Assembly (NCBI GenBank): GCA_015655585.1
Contig: JAATEV010000013.1
Coordinates: 1 to 32,000, forward strand
Reading direction: 5' to 3'
DNA: 32,000 nt
DNA from: Terriglobales bacterium
Lineage (GTDB): Bacteria > Acidobacteriota > Terriglobia > Terriglobales > Acidobacteriaceae
This document shows, piece by piece, positions 7,738 to 16,229 of the stretch. Both the position numbers and the translations under genes were made by a program. Position 1 is the first letter of the stretch; the number at the start of each line of letters is the position of its first letter. Below the pieces are notes generated by a model. That model did not search any database. It was not told the origin of the DNA and saw nothing but the letters and a program-made list of their open reading frames with translations.

Positions 7738-8409
7738 ATGAGATTGGTTTTTGGAGTGGCGCTGGTTCTTGCAGGTGTGGCCGGGATGCAGGCGCAGCAG
7801 GCGGGCACGCCAGCGATAGTGCAGCCGGGCGCGCCGGGGCAGGCCACGAAGACGCTGCCTGCGGGGACTACGGGGAAGATTGCTCTGAAGCCTGCGAAGG
7901 CGGACATCGACTTTATGCAGGGCATGGTGATGCATCATGGGCAGGCGGTGGAGATGACCGCGCTGATCGAGGCGCGGACGCAGAACCCGGAGGTGAGAGC
8001 GCTGGGGAAGAAGATCAGCGTTTCGCAGACGGACGAGATGGGATATATGAAGCGGTGGCTTACGGCCCGGGGGCAAGCTCCGGAGATGCCGGGGATGGGC
8101 GGCATGGCCGGGATGGATATGGCGGGGATGGACCATAGCCACATGGATATGTCGATGCCGATGATGCCGGGGATGTTGACGCCTGCACAGATGGACGCGC
8201 TGCGGAAGTCGAGCGGGGCGGAGTTTGACCGGCTGTTTCTGACGGGGATGATTCAGCACCACACGGGCGCGCTGGTGATGGTGAAGGAGTTGTTTGATAC
8301 GCCGGGTGCGGGGCAGGACAGCGAGCTGTTCGACTTTGCTACGGACGTGGATAACACGCAGAAGGCCGAGATTCGGATTATGCAGGGAATGCTTAAGGAG
8401 AGACAGTGA
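7738..8409 (+). CDS. DUF305 domain protein with Met/His-rich insert, secreted
   Basis: Signal peptide MRLVFGVALVLAGVAGMQAQQ. Two DUF305 half-motifs, FMQGMVMHHGQAVEM and FLTGMIQHHTGALVM. Insert MPGMGGMAGMDMAGMDHSHMDMSMPMMPGM. ATG 7738 preferred over TTG 7720. Confidence 0.8.
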   Translation: MRLVFGVALVLAGVAGMQAQQAGTPAIVQPGAPGQATKTLPAGTTGKIALKPAKADIDFMQGMVMHHGQAVEMTALIEARTQNPEVRALGKKISVSQTDEMGYMKRWLTARGQAPEMPGMGGMAGMDMAGMDHSHMDMSMPMMPGMLTPAQMDALRKSSGAEFDRLFLTGMIQHHTGALVMVKELFDTPGAGQDSELFDFATDVDNTQKAEIRIMQGMLKERQ

Positions 8410-10331
8410 TGGCGGGACGCGGTTTGTGGAAGATGGCTGGGGTTGCACTTTTGACGGCTTTGCCGGTGTTGGCTGTGGCGCAGGCAGGTGGGGCGGCGGC
8501 CCCGTCGAATCCGCGGGCTGGATCGGATGATCCGCGTGTGGGGCTGAAGGCGGGATTGTATGATGCGGGCGAGGCACAGGCTGGGTTGGAGCGGCTGGTG
8601 TCGCTGCCGAAGCCGCCCTCGTTTAATCCGCCGCCGACTCCTCCGGCGAGCGCGGAGGGCGCGGCTGCGGCTCCGGCTGGGCTGGGGTATGCAAACTCGG
8701 ACATGGCGTTCGAGGGCAACCGCCTGTTTGTGGGGAACTATTACGGAGTGAATTTTTATGACATCTCTTCGCCGGAGAAGATTGGTCTGCTGACGTCGCT
8801 GGTTTGTCCGGGCGGGCAGGGCGATGTGTCGGTGTATGGGCATCTGCTGTTTATGTCGGTAGAGGCGGCGAACGGGCGGATGGATTGCGGAGTGCAGGGC
8901 GTGCCTCCTCCGGCGGGCTACCAGGCTCCGCCGCCGCTGACGGCTGCGGACAGGGCCGCGGGCAAGCGAGTGCCTCCGCCTCCGGCCAGCCCGGACCGGT
9001 TCCGTGGGGTGCGGATCTTCGACATCAGCGACCTGAAGAACCCGAAGCAGGTGGGTGCGGTGCAGTCGTGCAGAGGGTCGCATACGCATACGCTGGTGGT
9101 CGATCCGAAGGACAAGGACAATGTGTACCTGTACATCTCGGGTACGTCGTTTGTGCGGCAGGCGGAGGAGCTGGCGGGATGCTCGGGCGGCGATCCTAAG
9201 GACGATCCGAATACGTCGCTGTTCAGCATTGATGTGGTGAAGGTGCCGCTGGCGCATCCGGAGCAGGCGAAGATTGTGTCGAGCCCGAGGGTGTTTGCCG
9301 ATGACAAGACGGGCAATGTAAACGGCCTGTGGAACGGCGGCAATCATGGCGAGGGAACGCAGACGACCTCGCGGACGAATGAGTGCCACGATATTACGGT
9401 GTACTCGTCGCTGGGACTGGCGGCGGGGGCCTGCTCGGGCAACGGGATTCTGCTGGATATCAAGGACCCGGTGCATCCGGTGCGTATCGATGCGGTGAAC
9501 GATCCGAACTATGCGTTCTGGCACTCGGCTACGTTCAATAACGATGGCACGAGGGTGTTGTATACGGACGAGTGGGGCGGCGGCGTGCAGCCGAGGTGCA
9601 GAGAGACGGATCCGATGAACTGGGGCGCGGACGCGATCTTCAACCTCAATGGCAGGAAGCTGACGCTGGCGGGATACTACAAGATGCCGGCGGCTCAGTC
9701 GGAGAATGAGAACTGCGTGGCGCACAACGGATCGCTGATTCCAGTTCCGGGACGCGATATCGAGGTGCAGGCGTGGTATCAGGGCGGCGTGTCGATTGTG
9801 GACTTTACGGACCCGGCGCATCCGGTGGAGATTGGCTACTTCGACCGCGGGCCGATTGACGGCACGAAGAAGGTGACGGGCGGGTACTGGTCGGCGTATT
9901 GGTACAACGGCTATATCTACGGCTCGGAGATTGCCCGGGGCGTGGATGTGTTCAAGCTGGTGCCGAGCAAGTATCTTACGCAGAACGAGATTGATGCGGC
10001 TCGGGCGGTGCAGGTGGATTTGAAGAACGTGCAGAACCAGCAGAAGACTGTCTGGCCTTCGAGCCTGGTGGTGGCGAAGGCTTACGTGGACCAGTTGCAG
10101 CGAGGCGATTCGCTGGATGCAAAGCGGATTGCGGATTTGAACGATGCGATTGCGAACGCCGAGAGGTCGAACGAGAGCAAGAAGGACGTGGCCAAACTGA
10201 AGAAGCTGGCGTCGGGACTGGAGAAGGATGCCGGTTCGGCTAAGAGCCCGGCGGACGCGAAGAGGATGCGCGATCTGGCAGGGATTCTGAAGAAGCCTGC
10301 TCCTGTGAATGTTGCTATGGCGAAGCTCTAA
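8409..10331 (+). CDS. LVIVD-repeat beta-propeller protein, secreted, with Lys-rich helical tail
   Basis: Signal peptide. Repeated motifs of LVIVD type: LLFMSVE, VRIFDISDLKNPKQVG, ILLDIKDPVHPVRI, VSIVDFTDPAHPVEIGYFD, GVDVFKL. The ATG at 8409 shares 1 nt with the DUF305 TGA (alternative GTG 8406). Confidence 0.7.
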   Translation: MAGRGLWKMAGVALLTALPVLAVAQAGGAAAPSNPRAGSDDPRVGLKAGLYDAGEAQAGLERLVSLPKPPSFNPPPTPPASAEGAAAAPAGLGYANSDMAFEGNRLFVGNYYGVNFYDISSPEKIGLLTSLVCPGGQGDVSVYGHLLFMSVEAANGRMDCGVQGVPPPAGYQAPPPLTAADRAAGKRVPPPPASPDRFRGVRIFDISDLKNPKQVGAVQSCRGSHTHTLVVDPKDKDNVYLYISGTSFVRQAEELAGCSGGDPKDDPNTSLFSIDVVKVPLAHPEQAKIVSSPRVFADDKTGNVNGLWNGGNHGEGTQTTSRTNECHDITVYSSLGLAAGACSGNGILLDIKDPVHPVRIDAVNDPNYAFWHSATFNNDGTRVLYTDEWGGGVQPRCRETDPMNWGADAIFNLNGRKLTLAGYYKMPAAQSENENCVAHNGSLIPVPGRDIEVQAWYQGGVSIVDFTDPAHPVEIGYFDRGPIDGTKKVTGGYWSAYWYNGYIYGSEIARGVDVFKLVPSKYLTQNEIDAARAVQVDLKNVQNQQKTVWPSSLVVAKAYVDQLQRGDSLDAKRIADLNDAIANAERSNESKKDVAKLKKLASGLEKDAGSAKSPADAKRMRDLAGILKKPAPVNVAMAKL

Positions 10332-10352
10332 GAGTTCGTGGAGCTTTTTGGG

Positions 10353-10386
10353 AACCGGTCCTCTTTCGGGGGCCGGTTTTCTTTTG
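10353..10386 (+). terminator. Rho-independent terminator after the LVIVD gene
   Basis: Stem AACCGGTCC / GGGGCCGGTT (9 bp including one G-U), short loop, then TTTTCTTTT. Confidence 0.7.
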
Positions 10387-10413
10387 CATTGGGGAATGGT
10401 TTGCTCTGTGAAA

Positions 10414-10419
10414 TAGAAT
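10414..10419 (+). promoter_or_regulatory. -10-like hexamer TAGAAT, 7 nt upstream of the fbp ATG (possible leaderless start)
   Basis: TAGAAT-taaatgc-ATG. No SD in the spacer. No convincing -35. Confidence 0.25.
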
Positions 10420-10426
10420 TAAATGC

Positions 10427-11431
10427 ATGGCGATGATTACGACGGTGCAGCAGCATATCTTGCAGCAGCAGCAGGCTGCTTTGAAGGCTACGGGACGCGA
10501 GGCGTCGGGGACGTTTAGCTGGCTGTTGAGCGGGATTACGCTGGCCACGAAGATGGTGGAGGCGAAGATTCGCTCGGCTGGGCTGGGCGATGTGTATGGC
10601 GCGTTCGGCGCGGAGAATGTGCAGGGCGAACAGCAACAGAAGCTGGATGTGTATGCGAATCAGGCTCTGTTGCACTGCCTGGGGCTGCGGGACAGCGTGG
10701 CTGCGCTGGTGAGCGAAGAGGACGAAGAGCCGGTTACGTTCAACCGGGATGCGGAGACGGGGAAGTACATTATTGTGTTCGATCCGCTGGATGGGTCTTC
10801 GAACATTGATGTGAATGTGAATGTGGGGACGATCTTCAGCGTTCTGCGGAGGATGCCGGTGGAGATCGGCACGCTGGAGGAGTCGATTTTGCAGCCGGGG
10901 TTCCGGCAGGTGGCGGCGGGGTATGTGGTGTATGGGCCGTCGACGGTGCTGGTGTATACGACGGGGAACGGGGTGTTCGGATTTACGCTGGACCCGGCGA
11001 TTGGGGCGTTTGTGTTGAGCAACGACCGGATGACGATGCCGGAGCAGGGAAGCTACTACTCGGTGAACGAGGCGAATGCGGCGGGGTGGCCGGAGGAGTA
11101 TCGCGAGTATGTGGCGATGCTGCGTGAGGGTGGGCTGGGGAAGGAGTACAGCTCGCGGTATATCGGGAGCCTGGTGGCAGACTTTCATCGGACGCTGCTG
11201 AAGGGCGGAGTGTTTTTGTATCCGCCGACGCTGAAGCAGCCGAAGGGGAAGCTGCGGCTGTTGTATGAGGCGAATCCGCTGGCGTTTATCGCGGAGCAGG
11301 CGGGTGGAATGGCGACGAATGGAACGAAGAGGATTCTGGAGATCAAGCCGGAGGGGATCCATGAGCGGACGTCGTTCTGCGTGGGAAGCAAGCGGGAGAT
11401 GGAGGCTCTGATGGCGGTGGTGGGGAAGTGA
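10427..11431 (+). CDS. fbp: Class 1 fructose-1,6-bisphosphatase
   Basis: FDPLDGSSNIDVN metal-binding motif and GKLRLLYEANPLAFIAEQAGG; length 334 aa. Confidence 0.92.
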   Translation: MAMITTVQQHILQQQQAALKATGREASGTFSWLLSGITLATKMVEAKIRSAGLGDVYGAFGAENVQGEQQQKLDVYANQALLHCLGLRDSVAALVSEEDEEPVTFNRDAETGKYIIVFDPLDGSSNIDVNVNVGTIFSVLRRMPVEIGTLEESILQPGFRQVAAGYVVYGPSTVLVYTTGNGVFGFTLDPAIGAFVLSNDRMTMPEQGSYYSVNEANAAGWPEEYREYVAMLREGGLGKEYSSRYIGSLVADFHRTLLKGGVFLYPPTLKQPKGKLRLLYEANPLAFIAEQAGGMATNGTKRILEIKPEGIHERTSFCVGSKREMEALMAVVGK

Positions 11432-11679
11432 GCGAGTTTGAGGCAGTGGTGACGGACATCCGCGAAGAAAGGCGGGTGGAGGGACGACAGCGGTGGCAGA
11501 TGTCGCTGGACCGCACGGAGTTTGGCGCGGGGGCGGTGGGCGAGCTGGAGGCGGTGGCGAGGAGCGGGGCTCGGCTGGTGGTTCCGGTGCTGGCTACGGT
11601 TGTGGTGGATGGCGAGGTTTGGCACGTGGTGGAGAAGCCGTTGATGACGGGGACGGCGGTGACGGGACGCGTGGAGTGA
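11428..11679 (+). pseudogene. AlaX-L-type alanyl-tRNA editing protein, N-terminal beta-barrel portion only (83 codons)
   Basis: GTG overlaps the fbp stop (GTGA). SEFEAVVTDIRE ... LDRTEFGAGAVGE ... EVWHVVEKPLMTGTAVTGRVE follows the AlaX-L pattern FEATV...LDRT.FYP.GGGQ..D...G..V.G.ID. It stops where the HxxxH editing domain should begin, and the FYP/GGQ motif is degenerate. Confidence 0.45.
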
Positions 11680-11789
11680 TTTGGCAGAGCATTTCGGCTT
11701 TGAGTTGAAGGGGTGTTGCTGATACACTTGGTGATGTTGATCGGTAAGTGTTGCGCCCGCTGAAACGGTGTGCGATGCGCGATTGGTGG

Positions 11790-11865
11790 GGGGCTGTAGC
11801 TCAGTTGGGAGAGCGCCTCGTTCGCAACGAGGAGGTCAGCGGTTCGATCCCGCTCAGCTCCACCA
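11790..11865 (+). tRNA. tRNA-Ala (anticodon CGC), CCA encoded
   Basis: Manual cloverleaf: acceptor GGGGCTG/CAGCTCC with the G3:U70 Ala identity pair, D-arm GCTC/GAGC, anticodon stem CCTCG/CGAGG with loop TTCGCAA, T-arm AGCGG-TTCGATC-CCGCT, then ACCA. Confidence 0.93.
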
Positions 11866-11911
11866 TAGAAAACAAATCCTTAGATAGAAGATCCGGGGCC
11901 AAGAAGAGCCT

Positions 11912-11945
11912 GAAACAGCATGGAGCATACGCTGTTTCTTCGGTT
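11912..11945 (+). terminator. Hairpin plus T-rich tract downstream of tRNA-Ala
   Basis: 8-bp stem GAAACAGC / GCTGTTTC with 11-nt loop, followed by TTCGGTTCTT. It could also act for the convergent LysR gene. Confidence 0.4.
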
Positions 11946-12044
11946 CTTATGCTGTGTCTTCATGATTCATGAGGATAAGGGACGCCACTACTTTTGCTCT
12001 TACTTATCGCTTTCATCCCCTACAGTCATGCATCTCTGCGGTTC

Positions 12045-12959
12045 CTATCTGGGAATTTGGGATACGAGTTCGCTCACCCGCGAAAGAAACAGCTTCAAGA
12101 TGGGAGAAGGGTTCGCCTTGCGATAGCCGACCGATAGATCGATTTTTGGGCCCACACCTTCAAGAGGTCTGGTTACGACAGAAGCCGGAAGAAATGTCTT
12201 TGCGTAGAGGGGAAGAAGAGCAACGCCGCCGGTGGACGGGATGAGAGACATGACGCCGCCAAGATTATCGACCTCGTGGCTGGGCCTGATTTCAATGCCG
12301 CTGTCATGAAGAAACTTGTCGATTGCTCGACGTAGGGCTGGTTGCTTTCCGGAGATGCTGAGAGCTGTTCCAGAGATGCTGATGAAGGTCTCTCCTACTA
12401 GATCCTCAAGCCTGATTGCACTCCGCGTGGCGAGCGGATGATTCGAAGGCAGGAAGACCTCAAAAGATTCTTCGACAAGGGTTCGAAAGTCGAGCTCACT
12501 GCTGCCATCTTCCCTGCGAAGAAAGGCTATATCAATTCCTCCATGCAGGAGAGCGGTGGCGAGTTGAGGAGAGTTCTGCGTTGAGATCACTACGTGGATG
12601 TTTGGTAATTCGTCGCGGAGAAGTTTCAGGGCTCCGGGAAGCCATGTGTTGTCGTGGCCAATCATGAAGCCCAAGGCGAAAGAGGGTTTCGTCGGGAAGG
12701 CGATCTGCCGGGCGGATTGCACTGCTGCCTCTGCCTGAGAGAGCATGACTCGGGCGTGGTCCAGAAAGACTCGGCCTGCGGGCGTCAACTCGACGCCCTT
12801 CGCTCCTCTTACAAAGAGAGGCGTTCCCACTTCATCTTCAAGATCGCGGATCTGGCGACTTAAGGATGGCTGAGTTGTATGCAGCTTTTCTTCTGCTGCA
12901 AGCTTGAGGCTTCGTGCTTCGGCAACAGCGACGAAGTAACGAAGATGCCTGAGTTCCAT
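12045..12959 (-). CDS. LysR family transcriptional regulator
   Basis: N-terminal HTH MELRHLRYFVAVAEARSLKLAAEEKLHTTQPSLSRQIRDLEDEVG. Length 304 aa. Divergent from an SDR gene. Confidence 0.9.
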   Translation of the reverse strand: MELRHLRYFVAVAEARSLKLAAEEKLHTTQPSLSRQIRDLEDEVGTPLFVRGAKGVELTPAGRVFLDHARVMLSQAEAAVQSARQIAFPTKPSFALGFMIGHDNTWLPGALKLLRDELPNIHVVISTQNSPQLATALLHGGIDIAFLRREDGSSELDFRTLVEESFEVFLPSNHPLATRSAIRLEDLVGETFISISGTALSISGKQPALRRAIDKFLHDSGIEIRPSHEVDNLGGVMSLIPSTGGVALLPLYAKTFLPASVVTRPLEGVGPKIDLSVGYRKANPSPILKLFLSRVSELVSQIPR

Positions 12960-13160
12960 GTGTCACCTCTGCCCGGAAAGCATACCCCCTCAGCCTACAA
13001 AGCAATTTTACAGAGGAGATTTCGAGGCTATGTTCAGAGAAACTGTTCCTTCGACAGCGGAGATATCGCCGGAGCGTGGAGCCAGTATGACTCTGCTTGT
13101 TCCTAAACCTCTCTTCGCTTTGTTGAAGAACATCATTCGTCTGTAGAAAGGTGGAGACTT

Positions 13161-13904
13161 ATGTCTCAGTCATTGAAGGGAAAAGTTGCGCTGGTAACGG
13201 GTGGATCGCGTGGGATTGGCGCAGCAATCGCAAAACGGCTGGCCGCAGATGGAGCCAGCGTCGCTATCACGTATGCAAGGGATGCTAACTCAGCCTCTGT
13301 TGTGATTAAGACGATTGAGGATGCGGGCGGAAGAGCAGTTGCGATCCAGGCGGACGCGGCTTCGCCCGAAGCGGTCCGGGCTTCGGTCGAGAATGTGGTA
13401 GCTGCGCTGGGGAAGCTGGATGTTCTTGTGAACAATGCAGGCACAGCCATTCCAAAGCCATTTCTAGAGGCAACGCTGGAAGAGATGGACCAGATCATCA
13501 ATCTGAACATCCGCGGAATGTTTGTCACGACGCAGGCGGCCTTGAAGCACATGAATGATAACGGCCGGATCATCATGATCGGTTCGTGTGTTGGGGAACG
13601 CAACCTGACGCCGGGGCTGGCGGCCTATGCGGCGACCAAGGGCGCTGTGAAGATGTTTGCCCAGAGCTTGTCCAGAGAGGTTGGGGATCGAGGCATCACG
13701 GTTAACAACGTACAGCCGGGGCCGATCGATACGGACCTCAATCCTGCTGGCGGCGATTGGGCAGCTCCTCAAAAGGCGGTTACAGCGCTTAACCGTTACG
13801 GGCGTGTCGATGAGGTTGCCGCGCTGGTCGCATTTATCGCCAGTCCGGAATCTGCGTACATCACCGGGGCGAATCTGACTGTGGATGGCGGGACGAACGC
13901 CTGA
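13161..13904 (+). CDS. Short-chain dehydrogenase/reductase (FabG-like)
   Basis: TGGSRGIG cofactor motif, NNAG, catalytic YAATKGAVK. SD GGTGGAG lies upstream. Confidence 0.9.
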   Translation: MSQSLKGKVALVTGGSRGIGAAIAKRLAADGASVAITYARDANSASVVIKTIEDAGGRAVAIQADAASPEAVRASVENVVAALGKLDVLVNNAGTAIPKPFLEATLEEMDQIINLNIRGMFVTTQAALKHMNDNGRIIMIGSCVGERNLTPGLAAYAATKGAVKMFAQSLSREVGDRGITVNNVQPGPIDTDLNPAGGDWAAPQKAVTALNRYGRVDEVAALVAFIASPESAYITGANLTVDGGTNA

Positions 13905-13911
13905 GCAGTAC

Positions 13912-13955
13912 GGCCTCCTCGGCTATGGAGCTGAGGAGGCTGTCTCCTTGTTTTC
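13912..13955 (+). terminator. Hairpin downstream of the SDR gene
   Basis: GGCCTCCTCGGCT-atgg-AGCTGAGGAGGC, about 12-bp stem. The T tract TTGTTTT begins 7 nt after the stem. Confidence 0.5.
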
Positions 13956-14050
13956 ATTCGTTGCTCAAAAGAAAAGAAGGATGAAACTTCAAGAATAAGA
14001 TTGGTCTTGTGATGGGCACATCTGGCTGGATGGGATCGTGTGGAGTGGAG

Positions 14051-14917
14051 CTACCTGTAGGCCGCGTAGTAATACGAGACCGGTCCTGCCAGGCGTCTTT
14101 CATAGTGTTCGTGCGGCATGTGTACTGATTCTGAGCTGCCTAACATGAGGACTCCGCCTGGCTGTAAGACCTTGCGGATAGATGAAAAGATTGCATCCTT
14201 CGTCTTCCGATCGAAGTAGATCAGCACGTTTCTACACAGCACCAGATCGAAGAGACCAAGCTCCGTCATATCTCCGCGCAGGTCGAACGGTTCAAAGCGG
14301 ACCATCTCACGAATGCTTTTCTTCACCCTCCAGTCTGGGCCATCGCGGACGAAGTGGCGAGCCAGCGCATGAGCCGGGAGACCGCGGCTGATCTCGAACT
14401 GGATGTATCGGCCGCTTCTGGCCCTGTTCAGCATCTTTGTCGAGATGTCCGTTCCGAGAATCTCTACCTCCGAAGACGGAATGTTCATATCCTGAAGCAT
14501 CATTGCCAGGCTGTATGCTTCCTGTCCGGACGAAGAGGCCGCAGACCATATTCGAAGCTTGCGCCTGAAGCGCCTTTGTTCGAGGATGGCTGGAATAATC
14601 TGGCTACGCAGAGCCTCGAACACCGTATTGTCTCTGAAGAAGAGCGTCTCGTTGGTCGTCATTGCATCGACGATCTCCTGGATCAGATGCGAGCCTTTTT
14701 CCGCGCGCAGATGACGGCAGAGATCATCGAGCGTCTCCAGATTTAACTGCTGCACGAGAGGAAGCAACCTTGACTCCAGCAGGTAATGCTTATCTCCATC
14801 GAGGACAATGCCGGAGTTCTCATAAATGTACTGCTGCATGTATGTGTAGCTCTGCGGGGAGATTTTAGCCTCTACCGCGGGATGACGACGCTCTGCACGG
14901 ACGCTGGTGTTGGTCAT
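14051..14917 (-). CDS. cheR: Chemotaxis protein methyltransferase
   Basis: TNETLFFRD, SAM box IWSAASSSGQEAYSLAM, CRNVLIYF. The ATG at 14917 lies 2 nt after the cheB stop. Track start 15088 is trimmed. Confidence 0.9.
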   Translation of the reverse strand: MTNTSVRAERRHPAVEAKISPQSYTYMQQYIYENSGIVLDGDKHYLLESRLLPLVQQLNLETLDDLCRHLRAEKGSHLIQEIVDAMTTNETLFFRDNTVFEALRSQIIPAILEQRRFRRKLRIWSAASSSGQEAYSLAMMLQDMNIPSSEVEILGTDISTKMLNRARSGRYIQFEISRGLPAHALARHFVRDGPDWRVKKSIREMVRFEPFDLRGDMTELGLFDLVLCRNVLIYFDRKTKDAIFSSIRKVLQPGGVLMLGSSESVHMPHEHYERRLAGPVSYYYAAYR

Positions 14918-14919
14918 CT

Positions 14920-16050
14920 TCAAAGGGCCGTCTGCACTTGTCTCAAGATGCACGGGACAATCTCGTCCAGCCCCAGAACTGCATCTGCAAGTCCTGCGTT
15001 GGCAACGGCTCCGGGCATTCCCCATACCACGCTGGACTCGGCATCCTGAGCGATGATGCGGGCTCCGTTCTGCTTCAGCATGTCGCATCCGTTCAATCCG
15101 TCCTTGCCCATGCCGGTAAGAACTACGGCGATCACATCGCCTCCATAGACCTCGAAGATAGAGCGGAAGAGCACATCGACCGATGGCCGGCAGGAGTTCA
15201 CCGGAGCATCCTGGTTCAGGGCGATGGTGACTCCCTGTGGCTTGCGAACGGTGGTCATGTGATAGTTTCCGGGAGCGACGAGAGCCATTCCTGGAGCGGC
15301 GATCATCCCTTCGGTCGCTTCACGGACTTTGATCCTGCACTGTCCGTCGAGCCTTTCTGCAAGGAGCCGGGTAAAGAGCGGCGGCATGTGTTGAACGATG
15401 TAGATCGGTAGAGGGAAGTTCTCAGGGAATTGCGGCATCACCTGCGCGAGCGCCGTGGGGCCGCCGGTTGAGACTCCGATCACTACAGCCCTGATATGGA
15501 TGCGCCGTAGACTTCTTGGCGGAGCAACGGATGGCCTGATTGGCTGGCTGGCAGTCTGCCGGAAGCGTCTGCGCAGGGCTATGCTTTTTATCTTGGGAAG
15601 AAGCTCATCGCGCAGACTGGCAAGTGTGTCGTCGAGCTTGCCATCGTTCGATGACTTGGCTACATAATCGCTTGCTCCCAGCATCAGCGCGTTGATTGTA
15701 GCTGCGGCTCCGCGGTTGGTCAGCGTGCTGAACATGATGACTCTGATATGAGAGAAGCGCGGACGCATCTGGCGGAGTGTTTCGATGCCATCCATCAGGG
15801 GCATCTCCACATCCATAGTGACGACATCCGGCGCGACCTTCTCCATCATTTCAAGAGCTGCGATTCCATTTCTGGCCTCACCGACGACTTCCAACTCCTC
15901 GTCCGTACCAATCATCCTGGTGATGAGGCGGCGAATCACGAGAGAGTCATCGACGACCAGAACCCGGATTTTATTTGCCCGAGACGCCATCGTCCCGGAG
16001 CCCGTCGTTGAATTCATAGAATTCGTCGAACTGGTAAAGCTATCGATCAC
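14920..16050 (-). CDS. cheB: Chemotaxis response regulator protein-glutamate methylesterase
   Basis: Receiver IRVLVVDDS ... TMDVEMPLMDG ... YVAKS, and esterase triad boxes GVSTGGP, VQHMP, GMGKDG. GTG 16050 follows AGAGGAAG; internal ATGs at 16017 and 15990 are alternatives. Confidence 0.9.
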   Translation of the reverse strand: MIDSFTSSTNSMNSTTGSGTMASRANKIRVLVVDDSLVIRRLITRMIGTDEELEVVGEARNGIAALEMMEKVAPDVVTMDVEMPLMDGIETLRQMRPRFSHIRVIMFSTLTNRGAAATINALMLGASDYVAKSSNDGKLDDTLASLRDELLPKIKSIALRRRFRQTASQPIRPSVAPPRSLRRIHIRAVVIGVSTGGPTALAQVMPQFPENFPLPIYIVQHMPPLFTRLLAERLDGQCRIKVREATEGMIAAPGMALVAPGNYHMTTVRKPQGVTIALNQDAPVNSCRPSVDVLFRSIFEVYGGDVIAVVLTGMGKDGLNGCDMLKQNGARIIAQDAESSVVWGMPGAVANAGLADAVLGLDEIVPCILRQVQTAL

Positions 16051-16061
16051 GTTCTTCCTCT

Positions 16062-16178
16062 CTACCCCTGCGGCAGTATGCCCATCAGCCGAAGCTTCCC
16101 TATCACCATATCGGCCGTAAACGGCTTCATCAGATACTCGTTGGCCCCCGCGCTCAACGCTTGCGTCACTCTCTTCAT
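16062..16178 (-). pseudogene. C-terminal stub of a CheY-type receiver (38 codons; alpha4-beta5-alpha5 only)
   Basis: My own translation, absent from the track: MKRVTQALSAGANEYLMKPFTADMVIGKLRLMGILPQG. It matches the AGA-x-Y-l-x-KPF end of receivers. No DD pocket, phospho-Asp or Thr region is present in any frame of 16179-16229. Confidence 0.6.
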
Positions 16179-16229
16179 CGCTCTCCCTGGATGGAATCGT
16201 GATGCTGCATCATGCCTTGCTGCAAGGCT

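Noticed and set aside
8253-9821. Long antisense ORFs opposite recognised genes: 8253-9821, 20552-22150, 28676-29947, 4120-5088, 10328-11362, 5101-5886, 7606-8577, 23168-24059, 375-1013.
   Set aside because: The translations are Arg/Pro/His-rich low-complexity strings with no motifs. Each lies antisense to an ORF with clear family signatures. Stop-poor reverse frames are expected in GC-rich DNA with G/C third positions.
11748-12244. Short + strand ORFs 11748-11972, 11920-12126 and 11969-12244.
   Set aside because: The first runs straight through the tRNA-Ala gene. The others overlap the terminator hairpin and the 3' end of the LysR gene. None has an RBS.
13058-13071. Imperfect palindrome CGGAGAT-ATCGCCG in the LysR/SDR intergenic region as a LysR box.
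   Set aside because: It has one mismatch and does not fit the T-N11-A spacing convincingly. It cannot be distinguished from chance without orthologous alignments.
14918-15088. N-terminal extensions offered by the track for cheR (to 15088), the M24 peptidase (to 7587), ispD (from 1338), ispF (from 2561), the oxidase (from 28361), RidA (from 29956) and the periplasmic protein (to 27209).
   Set aside because: The extensions overlap the preceding gene or intergenic repeats and look non-native. Each is superseded by an internal start that restores a canonical N-terminus, signal peptide or TAT leader with an SD or coupling overlap.
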